Source of the DNA: Orbicella franksi
Lineage: Eukaryota
Direction of reading: 5' to 3'
DNA length: 64,000 nt
NCBI GenBank assembly: GCA_964199315.1
Contig: OZ116709.1
Location: 7,750,001 to 7,814,000, forward strand
Made by a program: the position numbers and the translations under genes
In this document: positions 48,901 to 60,900 of the stretch, piece by piece
How the letters are laid out: each line of letters begins with the position of its first letter
Numbering within the stretch: the stretch's first letter is position 1
The notes under the pieces: generated by a model
What the model saw: only the letters and a program-made list of their open reading frames with translations
Databases searched by the model: none
Told to the model about the DNA's origin: nothing

Positions 48901-51900
48901 CAAAAACATATTTTCATCGATGGAAACCAAAACTTTATTGCCCAGTTTTGTCAAAACTTACAACACAAGTGAACTGAAGCGATAAAAGCCGTTTTATAAT
49001 AATTATGCACCCACAAGACTGTCACGTAATGTTGAAAATATCACTGAAAACCAAATCTTCAACAATTCACTTAACATCTTCATCCCTGTGCTCTAGGAGC
49101 ATTTCTGGTTGTTAGTACTAATTTTAGCCCTGCTTTGACCAAAAATGTAGCAACCTCGCCGTAAGTAAGAGCTTCCCTTAAAGAGGTTATAAAAAGACAG
49201 TTCTCTTCTTTTTCTGAGTCTGTCGAACCGGAGGTCATTCAGCCGTGACCAATTTGTATAAGAACATTCCAAAACATTCTGATCCTTATGTAATTACTCA
49301 GATTAGAAACTGTGTCAAACTACTTAATTTGGTTCCAAATAGAAGTTTCTAGAACTTTAAGCCTCATGTATATTAGAGCGAGAGTTTCTTCTGTAAGAGA
49401 GATTGATTCAAATTTGAAGAAGCTTAGCGCTGCAAATTCGCGAAGTTACCTTACGGAAATAAATTAGTTTGTTGCTGTTACCGGCGATCCTAAGTTCTGT
49501 CTGGAAAAAACCCTGCTCTACAATGATACTCGTAACAAAATTCATATTAAAGGATTTAATTTTAAAGAAAAACAAGACAGTCAACTGAATATTTCTGGAT
49601 CTTTAAATGATCAAGAGCAGCTCAATATTGAACTGAACGCTTTTGATCCAGTACCAATGGAGAAAAAAAGTTTTTACCTGAGATAGAAATTGATCACGTG
49701 CTAGGCCGGTGACCAGGCAATCGCGTCGTCGCCTGGTCATGATCACGGCAACTTTCGCACAGAGAAATGAAAGTAATCTATAACTAAGCGATAAACTAAA
49801 TATGTTTTATGAATTCTTTTCGCCTACATAGCCACTGGTGAATAAACGTTAGCTAAAAATTAGTATTATATTATACGCAGTCCGCCATCTGGCGTCTGTC
49901 TCATCTCAAGGATACCCATTGAAATCTACCTGTAGGTCTAATAAGCGCTAAAGACGTCACAGTTTGAATGCACAAGTTTAATCATACTGGGCGTAAACAC
50001 GAAAGAAACAAAAGTGATCGTGGGTGTGTGATGTGTGAGATTCAACTGAAAAATAAACGAGACAAAATATTTAAGTACAAAATATAACGACACAAAAAAC
50101 TGACAACGGAACAAAATAAACTTACAAAACTGTGGCGACTCGAATTCTAGAATTTGTACCTCAGGGCTCACACAACAGTGAAGCAGCTAAGGAAAAAACG
50201 CGGTAGAAACCAGTAGATCGAACTTTCAGCGCTAGCAAGCACTGGCCAAAAATGAAAACCACAAAACTACGCATAATGAAGAACGCTTAAGTATTACAGA
50301 GTGGGTTGCATAATTCCCAGGGGTCACGGAAAAACGTGACACCCAAAGGCAAAGAAAGTTCTAGTCGCTACACTACCAAACAGAGTTTACCAGCGTGACC
50401 TTCTGACCCCGCGGACGTTTGTGGAAAGACGCAGTAAAGACGTAGACGCCAGCGGGACTTCATTTTAGTCCAGTGGGTCTTTGGTTTAGTCCAGTTCTCT
50501 TACATCTTAGGTAAGTTGCCACTCAATTTCCAACACGAATCTACACGGCCAAGCAAACTAAAACTTGCTTGGTTTATTTTGCGCTGATCTACGAACCGAA
50601 ACCATGTCAGCCATCGGGAAAAACTGGCAAACAACAAGAGCCACCATCAGAGAAAGAAGCAAGTTTATGTTCGACAACGATCTCTTCACCGATGCGAAGT
50701 TTGTTGTGCCAAAGGCCAATGGCGAAAGTGTAAGTAAACAAGTGATTTCAGCTCACAAGCTGGTGCTGTCGATTAGCAGTCCTGTGTTTGAAGCCATGTT
50801 TTACGGTGAGTTGCCGGAGACTGGAGACTCTATTGAACTGCCTGACTGTGAGTACGACAGTCTGTTGGAGTTGTTTCGCTACATGTACAGCGATGAAGTG
50901 ATCTTGATCGGAAGTAATGTGATGGGAGTCTTGTATTTGGCCAAGAAATATATGGTGCCTTCACTGGCTGATAAATGCACCGAATATCTGCAAAATAATT
51001 TACATCCGTCTAATGTGTTCAGCATCTTGCCCTCTGTTCTGAAATATGAAGATAAAACCCTGGTGGATCAATGCTGGAAAGTGATCGATAAACAGACAGA
51101 AGAGGCTGTGAAATCAGATGGGTTTGCGACAGTCGAGAGGTCCATACTTGAAGCAGTAGTCAACAGAGAAACTCTGAGAATTGAAGAGATAGAGCTGTTT
51201 AAGGCTGTCGACTTGTGGGCAAAAAAGCAATGTGAGAAACAAGTTTTTTGGCGGCCGATGGTGCAACAAAAAGAAGACTTCTCGGAGAAGAAGTGATTAA
51301 AGGAATACGTTTTCCAACAATGAAACAAGAAGACTTCGCTACTGTGGTGTTAGACAGTGAAATCTTGCGAGAAAAAGAAATCATCACTGTTGTCGAATAT
51401 CTGAGTTCAGCCTCATCGATTCCAGTGGGATTTCCAGAAACCAAACGATCTGGATTATGTGGAGATATTCAACGATGTTGTAGGTTTGGCTCGTTGTCAA
51501 GCCATGTTTCTCGATACCGTAACGCCAGAGACGATGCCATCAAATTTCGTGTGGACAAAGACACTGAACTGCACGGAGTGTGTCTATTTGGTAGTGAGAA
51601 TAATACTTACCTGGTAAACTTAAAGATACAGAACGCCATTAGTGGAGCACTCCTGGCATCTAAAACTTGATACTTTCGCTCAAAGTTAATACAATGTGAG
51701 AAATATAGCTATCACGGTTTTGAAGTGTTGTTTGACGAGAAAGTAATTTTACGGAAAAACACCAGGTACTGCCTGTGCGCTAAAATAAGAGGGCGTGATT
51801 CGTTATGTGGAGGAGATGGTGTCAGTTCTGTTAAATGTGGAGAGGTAACGTTCACGTTTTTCATGGACGAGGGCTTTGAGTACGTCAGCTTTAATGGAAC

Positions 51901-54900
51901 ACAAGTTCAACAGGGTCAATTTCCCGAATTCCATTTTGCTTTAAAATAGATATTTTTATTTCAAACAATTTTAAGGAAAGTACGTTTCGCTAATTCGACA
52001 AAGATTTCTTAAAATCAACCACTTAACAATACTGCTTTACTCAGGCTACTGAGTGATAGACCAAGTCTCGATAAAACAAGATTCGAGGCAAGGATTGACA
52101 CACAAGACATAAGCCTAGTTAAGTTTCCTCAATTCGACTAGAATCAGCCCCAATCGGTCTAAAAACCGTCCAAATCAAAACAAAATTCAGGTGAACCAAT
52201 TTCATTTGATCAATATTCTTGTAGCAGCCATACATCTTGAAGCAAATATTAGAATTTGAAAAGAATGATGAACATTAAATATAGAATGAGAAGCCGTAAG
52301 AAAAACACAGGCAAGGCAAATTTCTGGCTAGATGGAAATTGTTTCCTATAGAGAGTGAATTATCTTTAATTAAATAGACAGCCTACACATTTACTATTCT
52401 TGTATGAGAGTATGTGATAATGTTATCGACATGTGAAACAAAACCGTTCTACTTTGAAGTCAACAACGAGAAATTAAAATGTGGAATAAAAGAGGAAAAG
52501 TTCACGTACTAATTATTAAACACATGTAATACAACAGTGATATGCTAAAAAAGGTTGCCACACACGTCCTTAACTCGAACTCTGACATAGATGAAATTAG
52601 GGGCCGAACATCAAGGGAAGAGGAAATCTGTCATTGCAGGGTTTCCGTGTTTCAGGGGTGCGTTCTTCCTTTATTGGGGGTTTACAGTATGACCTAAGAG
52701 TACCTGTAAACGTTTGTCAAACATTAGCAGTAGATCTGAGACTAAACTGTGTTTTAGTTAAAAATTGCTCTTACTTTTCGAAGAGAAGACAGCTTAACTG
52801 TCGCAACTTTACATATAGTCCACTGAGCGTCCCTTAGAAAACAAGGGACACAATCTTAAGTTTGGCTTCAAAAAATCAAAGCCAAAGAAACGTCGTTTCA
52901 TCCATAGATGCCACAACAATTACTCATTTATTTTAAATTATAATATAGATAGGACCCTGCGCACTGTCATTAGTCAAACACCCATGTTTTATCAGAGAAT
53001 AAAATACAGGAAAAGCGTGTTTTATTGTTTTGCGCGTGTAAAATCCATATCATAAAGCAAATGAAGAAGCCTAAGCCGTGTATTACACTGTGATAAAACA
53101 CTCGGGGCATTTGAGAACACTCGAGAAATGTAGAAAACACTCGCCTGCGGCTCATTTTTTCTACATTTCCATCGTGTCCTCAAATGCCCGTCGTGTTTTA
53201 TCACAGTGTAATACACAGCTCAGGCTTCTAATTTGTCAATTAAGAGTGCTATATAAGTGCGCTGAACGTATACAAGTGGTATTACAATACGTCACGCATG
53301 GACAAGACTAATACAAAGAAGAGAGGTCTGACAGCCGTTTTTAAATTCTGTTGTCGTGTGTTAACAATCTTAAAATAGCATCACTAACAACCGATCACAA
53401 TTTGCTTTGACCTACAATAATGTACTAAACTTGGTGCTCCAGGTGAATTTCTTGTACGAGCAAAACTACTTAGTGCCAATTTTAGCCCTGTTTTGACAAA
53501 AATGGAGCAAAATCACCGTGTCAGTGTTCAAGTAACAGAAAACTAGCCAGGCATACCGATATAAGACTACTACCTCTCCTTATTCTAAGTTCCTCGGGGT
53601 GAACCAGAAAAACGCGAAAGGAAAGGCAGCTAACGTGTGGAGAATATTCTCAACTTGACCTCAGACTACCGTCACAGTTACCGAAATCGCTATTCCTTTA
53701 GAGTTGACTAACACTCCGAATAAATCTCGCCCTGATGTTAAATAAATTCACCAACAGCACCAATGCATATGCTGTTCCCACAAAACAATAGCCTCCCACT
53801 CAGACATTTTTCTGGCCTCGTCACGCACTCCTCCACAATCAACGTTGAGAGACAATGCATAACCAACATAATATCTGCAACATAATGTCTGCCTGAACAA
53901 GTGTTTCTCGTAACCTTTATAGCTCAAATGAGACAGACCCTGAGAATGTGCGATTTTAAACTAAAATGGTCTGAAAAGTAGATCTTTTTGCCGTATTTTG
54001 GTTTACTTCTCGGTCACATACCGAGTGCGTGACAACTTCCTGTTTAGTAATTTTATATTCAAATTTTGGGAACTTAACCACTGACTAGTTCTATTGGCTC
54101 AAGTTGCCACCCAGCTTCTATCACGAATCTACACGGCCGAGCAAACTAAAACTTCCCTGGTTTATTCTACGCCGATCTGAGTACAGTAACCATGTCTGTC
54201 GTCGAGAAACATTGGCAAACAACAAGAGCCACCATCAGAGAAAGAAGCAAGTTTATGTTTGACAACGATCTCTTCACCGATGTGAAGTTTGTTGTGCCAA
54301 AGGCCAATGGCGAAAGTGAAAGTAAACAAGTGATTTCAGCTCACAAGCTGGTGCTGTCGATTAGCAGTCCTGTGTTTGAAGCCATGTTTTACGGTGAGCT
54401 GGCGGAGACTGGAGACTCTATTGAACTGCCTGACTGTGAGTACGAAAGTCTGTTGGAGTTGTTTCGCTACATGTACAGCGATGAAGTGAACTTACGCGGA
54501 AGTAATGTGATGGGAGTCTTGTATTTGACCAAGAAATACATGGTGCCTTCACTGGCTGATAAATGCACCGCATATCTTGATGATAATTTAAATCCGTCCA
54601 ATGTTTTCACCATCTTGGCTTCTGCACAGAAATACGAAGAGAAAAACCTGGTGGATGAATGCTGGAAAGTGATCGATAAACAAACAGAAGAGGCTGTGAA
54701 ATCGGATGGGTTTGCGACAATCGAGAGGTCCTTACTTGAAGCAGTAGTCATACGAGGCACTCTGATGATTGAAGAGATAGAGCTGTTTAAGGCTGTCGAC
54801 TTGTGGGCTGCAAAGCAATGCGACAAACAAGGTTTAGCGGCCGATGGTGCGACAAAAAGAAGAATTCTCGGAGAAGAAGTGATTAAAGGAATACGCTTTC

Positions 54901-57900
54901 CAAAAATGAAAGAAGAAGACTTCGGTAGTGTCGTGTTAGACAGTGAAATCTTGCGGAAAAAAGAAATCGTCAGCCTTGTCAAATGTCTTCATTCAGCCTC
55001 AAAGATTCCTGTGGGATTTCCTGAAACCAAACGATCTGGCTTGGGCGGAGATATTCAACGATGTTGTAGGTTTGGCTCTTTGTCCACAGGTCTTGTTTCT
55101 CAATATGATGGCCTTAGAAAGGATGTCATCAGTTTCTCTGTGGACAAAGATACTGAGCTACGCGGAGTGTGCTTGTTTGGTAGTAAAAACAATACTTATC
55201 GGGTAGACTTGAAGATAGAGAACACTAAGGAAGAAACGCCTGTGGTGTCTAAAACTGGAAACTTTGTCTCAAAGTTAATAGAATGTGAGAAATATAGCTA
55301 TCACGGTTTTGAAGTGTTGTTTGACCAGAAAGTAATTTTAGCGAAAAACACCAAGTACTGGCTGTACGCTGAAATAAGTGGACCTGATTCGTTATGTGGA
55401 GGAGATGGTGTCAGTTCTGTTAAATGTGGAGACGTAACTATCACGTTTCTCGAGCCTCGTTATCTTTTTAGCAGCTTTTCTTATGATCAATCAGACGTTC
55501 AAGCTGGTCAATTTCCGGAATTCCTTATTGCTTAAATTTCGAACAATACGTTTTACTTTACACTGTATACTCGGTGACGATACGCTTTAATACGCGCACC
55601 AAAGGGACAGATCGCAGCGACTATGGAGGTGCCCGTATTGTAGAGGTAAAGACTGTGTGACTTCTGGAACCAACTGAATGCTCGGAATATAGGTGTCCAT
55701 GCAATGGAGCTGTGCTTATGTAGAAGTTCGACTGCACTCAAACCGCCGGGCGTTTTATAAAGTAGTGGCTTAGTGATTGACAAAGTTTGTGATTATCGGA
55801 ATTAACGTTAATTATTATTTTGCCGACACGGAGCAGAGATCTGGGTGCGACCTTGCCTCATAGCTTTTGAGCGTCTTTCGGTTGTGTAGTGAAGGAAAAT
55901 GTGAACATTTCAAACACGATCGTGCGATAAAAAAAGAAACAAGAGATTTATACAAAATTCACCTAGAAATGGCCCGCGTAAACGCACAAAAAACGTTCTA
56001 CAAAGGCTTCAAATTAAACCAACATTCAGGTCTATTTATGTCTTTTGATTAGCATGGTTGTTGCGCCATTTATCTTCGGTGTGTGCATGGGATTCCTGTG
56101 CATCTACGCTACTAGCGAAGAAAGAGGCTGATGAAATAGGCCACATTCGTATTCCCGGTATTGGACTGGAACTAGCTTGCAACTGAGGCTATGCGGGGGG
56201 TCTTTTCAAATGCAAGTGTAGTTGATCTCTTTTTAATGATATTCCCCCTCTTGAGCCTCCATTTCAAGCTAGTTCCAGTCCAATACCGAGAATACCAATA
56301 TGGTCCATTGCTTTATAATTATTACAAAATAGCATACCTCGACCAAACGCAAATGAAGGTCAACCAAAAGTTGGTGTTTTAAAATAATGATTGCCCTATT
56401 AAACTGAGAAGCAACATGCAAAAGAAATTTCAGGGTACAAGGAAGCTTTTGATTAACAATAGGGTTAACAGCTGTTATAAATCAAATTTCCTCCTACCTG
56501 TAAATTCGTAAGTATAAAATACAGTTGACATTTCGTGACGTTACATTACGTATGTATGCTCTTGTAGCAGCCATACATCTTAAGTAAATAGTAGAATTTT
56601 AAAAGAATAATTAACATTTAATATAAAATGACAAGCCGTAAGAAAACAAAGGCAAGGGAAATTTCTGGTTAGATGGAAATTGTTTACTAAGAGTGGATTA
56701 TTATCTTTAAAACAATACCAAGTCTACAGATTTACTGTTCTTGTATGAAAGTATGTAATAATGTTATCGTCATGTGTAACGAAACCGTTGTACTTTGGGG
56801 TCAATGCCGAAAAATTAAAATGTGGAATAAAAGAGGAAAAGTTCACGTACTAATTATTAAACACATGTAATGGAACAGTGATATGCTAAAAAGGTTGCCA
56901 AAAACGTCCTTAACCCAAACTCTGATATAGATAGAATTGGGGGCCGAACATCTCGGGGAAGGGGAGATCTGTCATTGCAGGGTTTCCGTGTTTCAGGGGG
57001 TGTTCTATCTTTATTGGAGTTTTACAGCATGACCTAAGAGTACCTCTTAATGTTTGTCAAACGCTAGCAGTAGATCTGAGACTAAACTGTGTTTCAGGTT
57101 GAAAACTGCTCTTACTTTTCGAAGAGACGACAGCATTACTGTCGTAACTTTACATAGTCCACTGAGTGTCCCTTAGAAAACAAGGGACACAATCATAAGT
57201 TTGGCGTCAAAAAATCAAAGCCAAAAAAACGTGTTATTATTGATAGATGTCACAACAATTACCCATTTATTTTAATTTAAGAGTGTTATATAAGTGCACT
57301 GAAGCTATACAAGGGGTATTACAATAAGTCACGCATGAACATGACTAATGCAAAGACGAAAGGTCTGACAACAGTTTTTAAATTCTGTTGTCGTGTATTA
57401 AGAATCTTAAAATAGCATCACTAACAACCGATCACAATTTGCTTTGACCTACAATAATGTACTAAACTTGGTGCTCCAGGTGAATTTCTTGTACGAGCAA
57501 AGCTACTTACTGCTAATTTTAGCCCTGTTTTGACAAAAATGGAGCAAAATCACCGTGTCAGTGTTCAAGTAACAGAAACCTAGCCAGACATACCGATATA
57601 AGACTACTACCTCTCTTTACTCTAAGTTCCTCGAGGTGAACAAGAAAAACGCGAAAGGAAAGGCGGCTAACGTGTGGAGAATAATCTAAATTTGACCTCA
57701 GACTACCGTCACAGTTACCGACATCGCTATTCTTTTAGAGTTCACTAACACTCCGAATAAATCTCGCCCGGAGGTTAAATAAATTCACCAACAGCACCAA
57801 TGCATATGCTGTTCTCACAAACCAATAGCCTCCCACTCAGACATTTTTTTGGCCTCGTCAAGCACTCCTCCACAATCAACGTTGAGAGGCAATGCATAAC

Positions 57901-60900
57901 GAACATAATATCTGCAAAATAATGTCTCTCTGAACAAATGTTTCTCGTAAACTTTATAGCTCAAATGAGACAGACCCTGAGAATGTGTGATTTTAAACTA
58001 AAATGGTCTGAAAAGTAGATCTTTTTGCTGTATTTTGCTTTACTTCTCGGTCACACACCGAGTCCGTGACAACTTCCTGTTTAGTAATTTTATATTCAAA
58101 TTTTGTGAACTTAACCACTGACTAGTTCTATTGGCTCAAGTTGCCACCCAGCTTCAATCACGAATCTACACGGCCGAACAAACTAAAACTTCCCTGGTTT
58201 ATTCTACGCCAATCTGCGTACAGTAACCATGTCTGTCGTCGAGAAACATTGGCAAACAACAAGAGCCACCATCAGAGAAAGAAGCAAGTTTATGTTCGAC
58301 AACGATCTCTTCACCGATGTGAAGTTTGTTGTGCCAAAGGCCAATGGCGAAAGTGAAAGTAAACAAGTGATTTCAGCTCACAAGCTGGTGCTGTCGATTA
58401 GCAGTCCTGTGTTTGAAGCCATGTTTTACGGTGAGCTGAAGGAGACTAGAGACTCTATTGAACTGCCTGACTGTGAGTACGACAGTCTGTTGGAGTTGTT
58501 TCGTTACATGTACAGCGATGAAGTGAACTTGAGCGGAAGTAATGTGATGGCAGTCTTGTATTTGGCCAAGAAATACATGGTGCCTTCACTGGCTGATAAA
58601 TGCACCGAATATCTGGAAGATAATTTAGATTCGTCCAGTGTTTTTAGCATCTTGCCGTCTGCTCAGAAATACGAAGAGAAAAACCTGGTGGATGAATGCT
58701 GGAAAGTGATCGACAAAGAGACAGAAGAGGCTGTGAAATCGGATGGGTTTGCGACAATCGAGAGGTCCTTACTTGAAGCAGTAGTCGTAAGAAACACTCT
58801 GATGATTGAAGAGATAGAGCTGTTTAAGGCTGTCGACTTGTGGGCGACAAAGCAATGCGAGAAACAAGGTTTAGCGGCTGATGGTGCGACAAAAAGAAGA
58901 ATTCTCGGAGAAGAAGTCATTAAAGGAATACGTTTTCCAACTATGAAGCACGAAGACTTCGCTACTGTGGTTTTAGACAGTGAAATCTTGCGGAAAAAAG
59001 AAATCGTCAGCCTTGTCAAATATATTCATTCAGCCTCAAAGATTCCTGTGGGATTTCCTGAAACCAAACGATCTGGCTTTGGCGGAGATATTCAACGATG
59101 TTGTAGGTTTGGCTCCTTGTCTACAGGTCTTGTTTCTCAATATGATAGCAGGAGAGGGGATGCCATCAGTTTCTCAGTGGACAAAGATACTGAGCTACGC
59201 GGAGTGTGCTTATTTGGCAGTGAGAACAATACTTATCAGGTAGAGCTGGAGATAATGAACACCATGAATAGAACGTGTCTGGTGTCTAAAACTGGAAACT
59301 TTGCCTCAAAATTAATACAAAGTGAGAAATATAGCTATCACGGTTTTGAAGTGATGCTTGACGAGAAAGTACTTTTAGCGAAAAACACCATGTACTGGCT
59401 GTGCGCTTATATAAGTGGACCAGATTCGTTATGTGGAGGAGGTGGTGTCAGTTCTGTGAAATGCGGAGAGGTGTTTTTGGCGTTTTTCGAGTCTACCTAT
59501 ATTTCTGTCTACCATGATAATAAATCAAACGTTCAAGTTGGTCAATTTCCGGAATTCCTTATTGCTTAAATTTCGAACGATATGTTGGCTTAACACTGTA
59601 TACTCGGTGACGATACGCTTTAATACGCGCACCAAAGGGACAGATCGCAGCGACTATGGAGGAGCCCGTATTGTACAGGTAAAGACTGTGTGACTACTGG
59701 AACCAAGTGAACGCCCACAATATCTACTGCAATCAAAACACTGAGCGTTTTATAAAGTAGTGGCTTAGGGTGCGTTTCTTTACGAAAATCCAAGATTGTG
59801 TTCTTAAATTTGAAAACTGATTTTGCGTTTCTTTTCTTAACAGAATAATCCAAGATCTCTCGGATCATGGTGCATCAAAGGAACCGAAGATTCCACTCTG
59901 GGCAAGGATTCTTCGGTTCCTTTGATGCACCACGATCCAAGTGATCTGTTTAGTAAAGAAATGTAAAATCTGTTTTCGGATTTAAGAATCCAATCTTGAA
60001 TTTTCTTATAGAAACGCACCCTTAGTGATGGAGAAAGTTTGTGATTATCGGAACATTAATGTTTTTTTTTGGCCGACAGGGAGCAGAGATCTGGGTGCAC
60101 CCATGCCTCATAGCTTTTGAGCGTCTTTCAGTTGTGTATAGTGAAGGCAAAATGTGAAAATTTCACACGCGATCGTGAGATAAAAGTAAAAACAAGAGAT
60201 TTGTGCAAAATTCACCTAGAAATGGCCCGCGTAGACGCACAAAAAACGTTCCAGAAAGGCTCCTTATCAAACCAAAATTACAGGTATATTAATGTCCTTT
60301 GATTAGCATGCTTGTTGTGCCATTAATCTTCAGTGTATGCACGGGATTCCTGTGCATCTACGCTACTATAACGAAGAAAGTGGCTTATTAAATTGCTTTG
60401 TAGTTATTGCAAAATGACATATCTGGACCAACCGTAAATGAGGTAAGCAAACATTGGTGTTTTAAAATAATGATTGCCCTATTAACTGACAAACAACATG
60501 CAAGGAAAACTTGTGGGTAGAAGAAAGCTTTGATTTACAATAGATTATCATTTGTTATAAAATTGGTTCACTCATACTTCTAAAATTGTATGTAAGTATC
60601 ATATATTATTGACATTTCGTGACGTTACATTACGTATGTAAGAAAGTAATGTTATTGACATTGTGACAAAAGCGATGTATTTTGTAGTCAAGTACCAGGT
60701 AATAAAAATTTTATTTGTGCAATGATGTTTTCATCTTACTAATTGGCCCCTTGTGTCGAACAATCCATGGAAAAATTGACGGGTTTTGCTATGGGAAGAA
60801 ATTATACGATTTCTTAATAGCTAAATCTTAATATAAGCCCAAAGGGTAACAATTTTTTTCGGGGAAGAGGGATTGTGGCTGTCATAGTGGGGTTTCCCTG

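Noticed and set aside
54467-54982. Minus-strand ORFs of 81-171 aa over the BTB genes (also 46910-47350, 51068-51444, 58663-59019)
   Set aside because: Antisense shadows of the plus-strand CDSs.
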